IMG/VR virus record: IMGVR_UViG_3300008108_000013
DNA: 64,000 nucleotides
From: a virus
Lineage: Duplodnaviria > Heunggongvirae > Uroviricota > Caudoviricetes
Direction: 5' to 3' (one strand)
Shown here: positions 18,955 to 27,059 of the stretch, one piece after another
How the letters are laid out: each line of letters begins with the position of its first letter
How positions within the stretch are numbered: position 1 is the stretch's first letter
Position numbers and translations under genes: made by a program
The notes under the pieces: generated by a model
Databases searched by the model: none
What the model was told of the DNA's origin: nothing
The model's input: the letters and a program-made list of their open reading frames with translations, nothing else

Positions 18955-20219
18955 TCTAACATCATCTCATAACACTTTGGAAATACTTCTTTCCAATTAA
19001 TATTTTGTAAACTAGACATCTTAAAGAAAAAGTCTTTAAGATCCTTTCGTCCTTGGATTATTTCATCAACGGTTATAGGCATTTTATTTGCGTACAATTC
19101 CCATTGGTTTAATTTAGAAAGTATCTCCGTATCTGTTGTTTTAGATCGTAGATAGACGAACATCCTATTTCTTTGATCCTCAGACAGTAATCCTATATTT
19201 AAATATTTAGGATTCATAACCGGATGACTTACTACACCAGCAAATGTATCTTTATTAATCTTTTTAAAATTCTTATTCTTTAACCAAAGCATCCAATCGA
19301 CTATGTTTTCTAAATTTAAAATCGAAACCGTAGTACTGGTAAAAACAGTAATATTAGCTGGCGTACTGTCAAGTATATCTAAATTCTTTTCTACAACTTT
19401 CCAAGGTGTTGGATATCGTATCGCATGGTTAACATCTGCTGTTCCGTCAACACTGGCACACAACTTAACTATTTTAAAATTTGAAAATAAATTAAAAATA
19501 TAATCGGGTAACACAGTTACATTAATACTATACTCTAATTCAATATCATTGGCAAATCCATTACTAATAAGTGCCTCTAATAAAGCAACGTGTTCTTTAA
19601 CTAGGAATGGTTCGCCGCCACCGAATTTAATCTTTTTAACAAACATCGAATGTTTAGCAACTAACTCGTAATACTCTTTTTGGTTGGCCCAATCAAATAC
19701 CTTTGTGTCGTCGATTGAATATGACACATCATCGATAGAAAAGATACGCTTACCTGTTACCTTTTCTTGTATCTTATACCATTGATTACTTTCTCCAGGA
19801 TAACACATAACACATTGTACGTTACACTTATTACCTAATCGAAGATCTAGGGATAAGATACGGTATTCAGATACTGTGCCGTCAGGGGCAGTGATTGCTC
19901 TAGCGTCTTCTTTGGTAAAATCATACATAGTCGATTCCCATTGATTCCGACTACGTTTACCTGCTTCGCTTTCGATACGACATCGTCTACATTGTTCGGG
20001 CCATTCATTGTTTAAAAATTTAGCACGAACTTCTTTCAACGTTTCGCAATTACTGATATCAAATTTTAAATCGTCAATAGTTAATATCTTTTCGTTCTGC
20101 GTTAACACAGTTTTCTTATTGCCGCCGCTTTGGCTGTGAGAGCATAGTCGCAGATGTCCATTACTTTTAACAGCAATATGACTCCACGGCAACGGACACC
20201 ATTTATCTAAATTGCTCAT
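18942..20219 (-). CDS. radical SAM enzyme, family A
   Basis: MSNLDKWCPLPWSHIAVKSNGHLRLCS, EQCRRCRIES, GNKCNVQCVMC and GGGEP. ATG 20219 is preferred because it matches paralogs; the track start is 20237. Confidence 0.7.
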   Translation of the reverse strand: MSNLDKWCPLPWSHIAVKSNGHLRLCSHSQSGGNKKTVLTQNEKILTIDDLKFDISNCETLKEVRAKFLNNEWPEQCRRCRIESEAGKRSRNQWESTMYDFTKEDARAITAPDGTVSEYRILSLDLRLGNKCNVQCVMCYPGESNQWYKIQEKVTGKRIFSIDDVSYSIDDTKVFDWANQKEYYELVAKHSMFVKKIKFGGGEPFLVKEHVALLEALISNGFANDIELEYSINVTVLPDYIFNLFSNFKIVKLCASVDGTADVNHAIRYPTPWKVVEKNLDILDSTPANITVFTSTTVSILNLENIVDWMLWLKNKNFKKINKDTFAGVVSHPVMNPKYLNIGLLSEDQRNRMFVYLRSKTTDTEILSKLNQWELYANKMPITVDEIIQGRKDLKDFFFKMSSLQNINWKEVFPKCYEMMLEWKE

Positions 20220-21168
20220 TAAACCTATCCACTTCACCGCACTGGCGACTACATTCTTTTAACGGACTATTCTCCCATGTACTTGCAATACTGTTAAAGT
20301 ATCCGCTATCAAAAATTTCTGCTAAACTGTTTTCATGTAAGTTAGGATACTTGCCTATCTTATCCATATAATCTATTCTGTTGGGATGGTTAGGATTAAA
20401 CCATTCGTTGTCTAGCCAACAACAAGGAACAACATTTCCTGTAGCACTAACATACAGACTCTTTTCATTGGCTACTTTACAGGTAATCGCTTTAGATTGT
20501 TCAGACACAACAATTTTCTTGCTTTTATCTGTTGGATACAGTATATGTAATGTACGACCTTCTTTATCTAATACTTGTAACTTGTCTTCTTTGAAACGTG
20601 CTGTGTTCTTTGCTACAAAATGTTTGAACCCCATGCGCTGGCTCAATTCTTTACAAATCTCTACTTGGTGTTTATTGTGTTCGAAAATTAACATATCCCA
20701 AGTTGCTGTTCCACCTTCTTTGATAAACAACTTAGCATTATCAAGAATCTTAACCCAGTCTGTGCCAATGCGGTATAAGGGGTGTGTATCAATAAGCCCG
20801 TCAATACCAAATCGAACATGTACATCTAACTTAGCAAGTCCCTTCCAAAAATTTTCACTCTTAGCGGAACCGTTAGTGTTCATGCTTAATTGTATGTCTG
20901 GATTTGCTGATCGCAAGTATTCAAAAATCTTTAATGTATCCTTAGCAATAATGGGGTCGCCTAAGTTACCACACATATATAACCTGTCTAACTGCTTTAT
21001 AATACCGTCGGGGAACCACTCTTTAAACTGTTCAAGTGTAATCTCGTCAATTGTAATAAAAGGATTTTCAATGCCGCCTTGAATGTTACGGGCACACATA
21101 GGACAACTAGCCTGACAACGACTGGTAACTTCTAAGTGAACTGTCCTAATATCCGTTAGTTTATACAT
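20203..21168 (-). CDS. radical SAM/SPASM-like enzyme (distinct type)
   Basis: TSRCQASCPMC (CxxxCxxC) at the N-terminus. C-terminal Cys-rich region TCKV...PCCWLDNEW...CSRQCGE. Confidence 0.7.
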   Translation of the reverse strand: MYKLTDIRTVHLEVTSRCQASCPMCARNIQGGIENPFITIDEITLEQFKEWFPDGIIKQLDRLYMCGNLGDPIIAKDTLKIFEYLRSANPDIQLSMNTNGSAKSENFWKGLAKLDVHVRFGIDGLIDTHPLYRIGTDWVKILDNAKLFIKEGGTATWDMLIFEHNKHQVEICKELSQRMGFKHFVAKNTARFKEDKLQVLDKEGRTLHILYPTDKSKKIVVSEQSKAITCKVANEKSLYVSATGNVVPCCWLDNEWFNPNHPNRIDYMDKIGKYPNLHENSLAEIFDSGYFNSIASTWENSPLKECSRQCGEVDRFNEQFR

Positions 21169-22168
21169 TCAACTTCCTTTTAGGAATCTTAACCTCTGTC
21201 GGGCAATTACAATATAACTGCTGACAGCGTGTAGTTGTGATTACATCAGGAGTAAACTTTGACTCAAACTCAGGGTCGTATATAGAAAATCTATTAACAC
21301 CACCAAACATATTTCTTGCACCACAGCTACCGCTAATAACACCATCTCGCTCTATAGCAAATCTATCTACGCCCAAGTTACAATCCCAGCCTGTAAAGTA
21401 ATGCCAACCATTTTGAATTACTTTAAAAGTATCAGCCGGTATCTCTTCTCCAGAATCCATAACTACACGCATGTCGGATTTAGAATCCTGGATCCTTCCG
21501 AGATCTCTTTGTTTCTGTATCCACTCTACAGGAGGAATTTTTTTCATCTTCTGTTCAGTATAGGCAATCTGTTCCGGAGTAAATCCTTTTATTTCACCGT
21601 CAGTAAATATAGGTTTAGTCTTTAACACCCACGGTGTAGGATGTGCCTTCATTTTCTCGGCTATCTCAACACAGCGATCCCAGTGTAAAGGATCCATTAA
21701 TACCTGTGCATTGATTAGCACATCAGTATTATAAAACACCCAATCCATTACTTCAATGATATGGTCGACATCCGCAAATTCATTATGTACACTAATACTA
21801 ATATCATCAAAGTACTTTGCATACTCCATCCAGAATCTCATAGTTCTTGATGCGTTAGTAACTATACTAATTTTACAGTCATGATTTTTACTAAAATATT
21901 CTGCAAATTCACCTAGCTCTGGCCATAGACTCGGCTCACCGCCGGTCAAGTTTATACGCACATTTTGTTTGCCAAGATGTTCTTTGTATATCTTTAACAT
22001 ATGGCTGAGATTCTTAGTGACCATATTAAAGTCTGTAGGGAATCGATACTTGCCATCATTACAGCCGTCGTAGCAATAATGACACTTATAGTTACACAAC
22101 GTTCCTATGATGTATTCGATTCTCAAGACACCGTCAAAGTCTTTATTTAAGATTGCTATCGGCTTCAT
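21161..22168 (-). CDS. radical SAM/SPASM-like enzyme, family B
   Basis: GTLCNYKCHYC, LTGGEPSLW, HNEFADVDH and a C-terminal CNLG..SGSCGARN..RCQQLYCNCP. Confidence 0.7.
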   Translation of the reverse strand: MKPIAILNKDFDGVLRIEYIIGTLCNYKCHYCYDGCNDGKYRFPTDFNMVTKNLSHMLKIYKEHLGKQNVRINLTGGEPSLWPELGEFAEYFSKNHDCKISIVTNASRTMRFWMEYAKYFDDISISVHNEFADVDHIIEVMDWVFYNTDVLINAQVLMDPLHWDRCVEIAEKMKAHPTPWVLKTKPIFTDGEIKGFTPEQIAYTEQKMKKIPPVEWIQKQRDLGRIQDSKSDMRVVMDSGEEIPADTFKVIQNGWHYFTGWDCNLGVDRFAIERDGVISGSCGARNMFGGVNRFSIYDPEFESKFTPDVITTTRCQQLYCNCPTEVKIPKRKLNV

Positions 22169-22758
22169 TTCTTACCTATTATCATAAAACGTTTATATAA
22201 CGGTAGATCCAATTCGCCGGAATATAAAATTTGTTCTAGTCCTGATTGCTGTTTAAATTCTTCTAAATCTCGAGCAATACGAACATGTTCCGGAATACTG
22301 TAATTGTTACTCTGTAACACAATTAAACTATCGTGTGGAAGCCCCGATAGCCACAGATCATATTCGTCTTGTGTAATGTGTTCGCAACTAGTGTTAATAA
22401 CAACATCTGCATCACTTCTAATATTACACATATCGGCTGTGATTGCTCTAAACTTACCTTTTTCTAATTCGATCTGATTCATATTATGAGCGATTTCTTC
22501 GCACTCAGGATCGATATCAATACTACGAATATAGTGACAAGGCACATTACTTTGAAATAACATACTCGCTAGTGTTCCAACCCAACCGCCGTGAATATCC
22601 ACACTAACGCTAGAATGTACTAATTCGTCTAAATTATCTATTAACCATTCTTTACTTAATATTTGGCCGCGCCAAAACGCATCCATAGTACGAATAGGAT
22701 CTTTACTGTTTCGTATGGCTCTCATCCAATGATGTAAATGTTCTGTGTCTATTTGCAT
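22165..22758 (-). CDS. hypothetical protein, possibly class I SAM-dependent methyltransferase
   Basis: VDIHGGWVGT (motif I-like Gly-rich loop) and DADVVINTS. Weak. Confidence 0.3.
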   Translation of the reverse strand: MQIDTEHLHHWMRAIRNSKDPIRTMDAFWRGQILSKEWLIDNLDELVHSSVSVDIHGGWVGTLASMLFQSNVPCHYIRSIDIDPECEEIAHNMNQIELEKGKFRAITADMCNIRSDADVVINTSCEHITQDEYDLWLSGLPHDSLIVLQSNNYSIPEHVRIARDLEEFKQQSGLEQILYSGELDLPLYKRFMIIGKK

Positions 22759-23723
22759 TTTGGTATTTTACTATCCGCTGAACTTACGCAACTAGGTGTA
22801 ATACAGCTTTGAGGTTGTTTAAATAATTCAAAGTTATCTAGTGTTCCTAAAGATTGGTCGTGACAACTGTAACTTCTCTTGACCTCAGTTCCCCTAATTA
22901 TAACACTCTGGTATCCTGAATTGCAAGTCCAATTATTAAATTTATTAAAACCAAAAGAATTAAATCTTTCAGCTTGATCGAATAGGTATTCTGTCCCAGA
23001 GTTATCATAAAGAGCAATCTGATAAACATCTTCTCCATTTGACGACTGAGGAAATCCTTCTCTCATTAAATGTAGCATTTCCTCAGTATAACCATCAACA
23101 ATCGCAGTAGCATCTAAAGTACTCTGCGGTTTTAAGGTAACACTTATTCCTCTTTTATGTAGGCGTTCCATGCGTTCATATAATGTATAAAATTGATCTG
23201 GAACCATAACTTGATTAACTGTAAGCAAAACATTTTCATACATTAATTGTAAACACTTGTCTCCGAATTCTTGTTCTTTGGCAAACTCTGCATGGTAGCT
23301 GGCAGTGATACTTCTGCGCTGTAGTGTAGATGTAACACTGGCCCAGTTCTTCCACCAATTAGTTCCAGGACTCAAATTTGTAGTCATGTGAATACTTTGG
23401 TAAGGACTTTCTAAATCTTTTTCTACATGTTTTGTTAGATCTAAAAGGTGTTTATAAGCAGTAGGTTCTCCGCCACTAAAACTCCAATGAAATTCTGTAA
23501 ATCCGTTACGTCTTGCTTGGCGCTTTATCTCATCAACTGTTTGTTTGTAAACATCTAACGGTTGGAAGTCAAGTCGATCACTTCTTGCATAGGGCCAACA
23601 GTACGAACAGTTATAATTACAAAAACGACCTAGTATCCAGCTAACCGAAAACAGAGGTCGATTTAACATTGTTCTTTGTCCAAAACGGACTATTTTTTCG
23701 AATGGAATGGTAGAAAATAGCAT
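22749..23723 (-). CDS. radical SAM/SPASM-like enzyme, family B
   Basis: GRFCNYNCSYCWP, FSGGEPTAY and a C-terminal Cys cluster (CNSG..SCHD..SCITPSC..KCK). Confidence 0.7.
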   Translation of the reverse strand: MLFSTIPFEKIVRFGQRTMLNRPLFSVSWILGRFCNYNCSYCWPYARSDRLDFQPLDVYKQTVDEIKRQARRNGFTEFHWSFSGGEPTAYKHLLDLTKHVEKDLESPYQSIHMTTNLSPGTNWWKNWASVTSTLQRRSITASYHAEFAKEQEFGDKCLQLMYENVLLTVNQVMVPDQFYTLYERMERLHKRGISVTLKPQSTLDATAIVDGYTEEMLHLMREGFPQSSNGEDVYQIALYDNSGTEYLFDQAERFNSFGFNKFNNWTCNSGYQSVIIRGTEVKRSYSCHDQSLGTLDNFELFKQPQSCITPSCVSSADSKIPKCK

Positions 23724-23764
23724 CAGGTGTATTTAACTAGCTAACAACATGGGTCCAAAATAAG

Positions 23765-23793
23765 TTGACTTTAACTGAAAACGAATATATACT
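23765..23793 (+). promoter_or_regulatory. sigma70-type promoter TTGACT-17-TATACT
   Basis: -35 at 23765-23770 and -10 at 23788-23793. The -10 ends 6 nt before the first base of the tRNA-like gene at 23800. Confidence 0.6.
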
Positions 23794-23799
23794 ATGCAT

Positions 23800-23914
23800 G
23801 TAGACGTGAGTGGAATTGGTAGACCTCCCCTATGGTAAGTATCAAACTGCCATAGGGGGCCTGGGCCTAGCCAATATGGCGGCTTTGTAGGTTCGAATCC
23901 TACCGTCTACACCA
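23800..23914 (+). tRNA. atypical tRNA-like gene (115 nt; tRNA-Leu-like D-loop, unresolved anticodon arm)
   Basis: Perfect 7-bp acceptor stem gtagacg/cgtctac. T-arm gtagg-TTCGAAT-cctac. Discriminator A plus encoded CCA. D-loop GGAATTGGTAGAC as in tRNA-Leu. Between them lies a 10-bp perfect hairpin tcccctatgg/ccataggggg with a 14-nt loop that does not fit a canonical anticodon arm. Confidence 0.5.
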
Positions 23915-23938
23915 GATTAACTACACACAGAGGCACAG

Positions 23939-24274
23939 ATGAAAAAGACTATCGTTATCTTTACTGCTCTTTCTTTTATTTTTGTTAGTTCAGCAGTGGC
24001 TGGTCCGATCGTAGACGCTGACCCAAATAAGATGTATAACTTTGACAAAGGATCTAAGACCATGTCCGTTACATGGCATGTAGTTGATAATCCTCTAGCA
24101 GAGTGCGACAAGGAGAGTAAGAGAGTCGGCAACGGCGGCTTTGCCTATAAAGTACAGGCCTGTGCATTTTGGACTAAGACTCAATGCACTATTATTACAG
24201 GCAAGCGTGATAACCACGACACTATTGGACATGAGTTTCGCCACTGTTTTCAAGGCCACTGGCATTCGCAATGA
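23939..24274 (+). CDS. small secreted protein with C-terminal HExxH-like motif
   Basis: N-terminal signal peptide MKKTIVIFTALSFIFVSSAVA. C-terminal GHEFRHCFQGHWH. Confidence 0.45.
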   Translation: MKKTIVIFTALSFIFVSSAVAGPIVDADPNKMYNFDKGSKTMSVTWHVVDNPLAECDKESKRVGNGGFAYKVQACAFWTKTQCTIITGKRDNHDTIGHEFRHCFQGHWHSQ

Positions 24275-24675
24275 CTAGAGATTTAGTTGAAGACATTTAT
24301 AAAGATTCCGAAATCTTAAACAAGATTCGGACACGTGACGACTATGCTCAAAACTTGTATGCGGCATGGTGTAATATGCAGTGGTGTCCAAAAGAACTTT
24401 GGCCCACCCTCCGGCAAGATCCCGACAAAGACCTTTGGTCCGCTAGTTGGCGTAGTGCTGGTGGTATAGTAGCGCGGTTTCGTAATAACGGTGAAGACTA
24501 TATGGATTATTACTGTAGTGGTATGGGTGGTGTTGCCACTTACGATTTGAAAGAAGGCGAAGAATATATGGCTCAAAAGAAATTTGTGCCTGAGGGAACT
24601 ATTACAGACGAGATTGCCACAGATCTTGACAGGATAGGATGGTTTCCTGTACCATACGACGATGACAAGATTTAA
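24271..24675 (+). CDS. hypothetical protein
   Basis: ORF with ATGA overlap to the upstream gene. Trp-rich. Confidence 0.45.
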   Translation: MTRDLVEDIYKDSEILNKIRTRDDYAQNLYAAWCNMQWCPKELWPTLRQDPDKDLWSASWRSAGGIVARFRNNGEDYMDYYCSGMGGVATYDLKEGEEYMAQKKFVPEGTITDEIATDLDRIGWFPVPYDDDKI

Positions 24676-24693
24676 AGTTAAAGTAAATACAAC

Positions 24694-24873
24694 ATGGAAA
24701 ACGAAAAACTTATTTTTACAGCAGAAGAGATCTTCCAAGAAATACCTGGAGATCCAGACAATGTTATAATGAAATTTCCCGATGAAGTTTTAAAATTAAC
24801 AGGCTGGAAAGAAGGCGACATTTTAGATATCAACATAGAGGACGGAAAAATCGTAGTAAAAAAGAATGGCTAA
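24694..24873 (+). CDS. small hypothetical protein (59 aa)
   Basis: Not in the ORF track. ATG at 24694 and TAA at 24871, overlapping the IF-1 start by 8 nt. Confidence 0.3.
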   Translation: MENEKLIFTAEEIFQEIPGDPDNVIMKFPDEVLKLTGWKEGDILDINIEDGKIVVKKNG

Positions 24874-25084
24874 AGACGACATCATTGAACTCACAGGCAC
24901 AGTAGACGAAGTACTTCCCGGTAGTATGTTTAGGGTAAAGGTAGAAAATATGCAGGCCGTTTTACTCTGTTACATGGGCGGGAAACTAAAACAAAATAAG
25001 ATTAGGATAATCTTAGGAGATAAGGTCAAACTAGAAGTAAGTCCATATGACCTTACGAAGGGTAGAATAACTTATAGGCTGTAA
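24866..25084 (+). CDS. infA: translation initiation factor IF-1 homolog
   Basis: 72 aa. AKDDIIELTGTV..LPGSMFRVKVENMQAV..KLKQNKIRIILGDKVKLEVSPYDLTKGRITYR aligns along the full length with bacterial IF-1 (S1-like fold). Confidence 0.8.
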   Translation: MAKDDIIELTGTVDEVLPGSMFRVKVENMQAVLLCYMGGKLKQNKIRIILGDKVKLEVSPYDLTKGRITYRL

Positions 25085-25086
25085 TT

Positions 25087-25752
25087 ATGAACTCGGTAAT
25101 GGAGACAATTTGTGCGATTTGTAATTCAATTTTGAGTCGCACAAGATCAGGAATAAGTTTCCAAAAGCTAGTAAATCAAATACGCCGAGAATTCAAATCT
25201 AACTACCTAGAAATTAAAGTCACAACAGTGAGAGATAAATCTCTCAACGAAGAAATATTCTATGCCAACGGATATTATGATCCTACTGATGACCAAGAAG
25301 GTGACCGTTGTATAGAATTGGTCATAACTCATAACTTTATCAAAGATCGAATTTGGTATGAAGAACCTATCAAGCAATTATTGATACAGGTTTTTGATAC
25401 TGTAGTTCACGAACTAAGACATCAACGACAGTATCGAAAAAGACATTTCCAAATGGGCACTGATCGCGGAACTGGATATAAAGAATATCTAGCCGATCCA
25501 GAAGAGGTTGATGCATATTCGATCAGCATAGCAATCGAACTTTGCCGAAGTTTAGGAAAAACTAGAGCTTTGAGATATCTCCACAATATCGACAAACTGA
25601 GCCGATTTAAAATAAGTGGTAATTTTGTTAGCCCATGTTTGGCTTCTTATCGTGCAGAATTTCCCAATCCGTCGGATCCGATTGTAAAAGAATTAGCCAA
25701 AAAAATCTATATACGATTAAAAAAGATTGACACAGACTACATTTTCCAGTAA
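25087..25752 (+). CDS. putative Zn-metallopeptidase (HExxH)
   Basis: VVHELRHQ HExxH motif. SprT-like possibility. Confidence 0.35.
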   Translation: MNSVMETICAICNSILSRTRSGISFQKLVNQIRREFKSNYLEIKVTTVRDKSLNEEIFYANGYYDPTDDQEGDRCIELVITHNFIKDRIWYEEPIKQLLIQVFDTVVHELRHQRQYRKRHFQMGTDRGTGYKEYLADPEEVDAYSISIAIELCRSLGKTRALRYLHNIDKLSRFKISGNFVSPCLASYRAEFPNPSDPIVKELAKKIYIRLKKIDTDYIFQ

Positions 25753-25785
25753 AATATAGACAATACAACTCACACAGAGAGCGAA

Positions 25786-26472
25786 ATGAAATATCCACTT
25801 CAGACTGTATTGGAACTGGCCTGCGCCGCACAGCGTACCAACAGTGACTATATCAAGCAAACTCAACCTGTTTATTCCGAAGACAACAAGTTAATGTCCT
25901 ATAAGTGGGACAACAAACTATTAATGCTGATTACACTTGGAGCTTCTAGTTATACTCCAAGTGACGACGGACTGAAACCCCCGTTGCTCTGTACTAAAAA
26001 AGAAGATTCAGACCTTGCTGAAGAAATTAAAAAATACTATCGCCGATTGATGTTTTCAGCAGTACAGGGCGACAATGAATTTCAAACCGAGGTTAATTCA
26101 CTACTCAATTCCGAGGAGGTGCCAGACAATCGTTTTGGGTTTATTGCTTGTTTGCCCAGCGTGTACAAAAGAGATGTTAGCCGCAAACAAGTAGAAAAAA
26201 AGAGCAAAACTGTTGATAAAGAGTTTTTAGCCGATGTAGGATCGAATATTTTGGATAAAGATTGTGAAGTGATAGCATGTCAACGTTCAAAAAACTTTGA
26301 TGCTTTTAATGTTGATGCTATAATCGACAACAAGATGGTCTCATGGATGAGCAAATATGAGCTCAAACTTGGACCCGCAGTTGTTGTTAAAGCAAAGGTT
26401 AAAGATCACAATGCTCATTGGAAGTATGAAAACCCAGTGACCCGTTTAAATTATGTAAAGGCTGTACAATGA
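25786..26472 (+). CDS. hypothetical protein
   Basis: ORF only. Confidence 0.45.
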   Translation: MKYPLQTVLELACAAQRTNSDYIKQTQPVYSEDNKLMSYKWDNKLLMLITLGASSYTPSDDGLKPPLLCTKKEDSDLAEEIKKYYRRLMFSAVQGDNEFQTEVNSLLNSEEVPDNRFGFIACLPSVYKRDVSRKQVEKKSKTVDKEFLADVGSNILDKDCEVIACQRSKNFDAFNVDAIIDNKMVSWMSKYELKLGPAVVVKAKVKDHNAHWKYENPVTRLNYVKAVQ

Positions 26473-27059
26473 AACTAGAACTAGACGAACAGTTATGCCA
26501 AAAGTATCCTAAGATATTTGCTAACCGGCATGCTGACATGAAAACAACCTGTATGTGTTGGGGGTTTGAATGCGGCGATGGTTGGTACAATTTGTTAGAT
26601 CATCTGTGCAATAGTATCCAACACCATATCGATTGGTCCATACGTCAAAATGAAATGGATTTAAAATACAACTCTATGGTCGAAGATCTAAAGGCTGGAA
26701 AAGATAGTTCATTTAGAGAATATACTAAAGGCCTTTATGAAACAGTTGCAGAAGATCGAAAAAAAGAAATCCTTAAAAACGGTTTAAGAAAAGTTAAAGA
26801 TTCAATCCCTCAGGTAGTAGCAGATCAAGTTAAAGAAAAGTTTGGTACACTACGTTTTTACTATCACGGTGGTGATGATCAAATTAGAGGTATGGTAAGT
26901 TTGGCAGAAAGCCTAAGTGCTTCAATGTGTGAAGGATGCGGCATTCCGTCAAAGGTGCAAAACGATGGTGGTTGGTACAGTAACATCTGTCCTGTTTGTC
27001 GTGACTTACGAGAACAAGAACGTGTTCAAATGATGAAAAGTAATGGATTTGAAGAATGA
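26469..27059 (+). CDS. hypothetical Cys-rich protein
   Basis: CMCWGFECGDGW ... CEGCG ... CPVCRD pairs, a possible Zn-binding protein. Confidence 0.45.
   Translation: MKLELDEQLCQKYPKIFANRHADMKTTCMCWGFECGDGWYNLLDHLCNSIQHHIDWSIRQNEMDLKYNSMVEDLKAGKDSSFREYTKGLYETVAEDRKKEILKNGLRKVKDSIPQVVADQVKEKFGTLRFYYHGGDDQIRGMVSLAESLSASMCEGCGIPSKVQNDGGWYSNICPVCRDLREQERVQMMKSNGFEE

Noticed and set aside
20381-21082. 233-aa plus-strand ORF
   Set aside because: It is antisense to the radical-SAM gene 20203..21168. The translation is Ser/Leu-rich low complexity.
2678-23723. CRISPR array or other short direct-repeat array
   Set aside because: No regularly spaced direct repeats were seen anywhere in the window. The repetition is at the protein-paralog level only.
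23800-23914. Interpretation as an intron-containing tRNA or as a type-II tRNA with a long variable arm
   Set aside because: At 115 nt it is longer than Ser/Leu/Tyr tRNAs. No 5-bp stem with a 7-nt loop carrying a sensible anticodon could be drawn. It is kept only as a tRNA-like feature.
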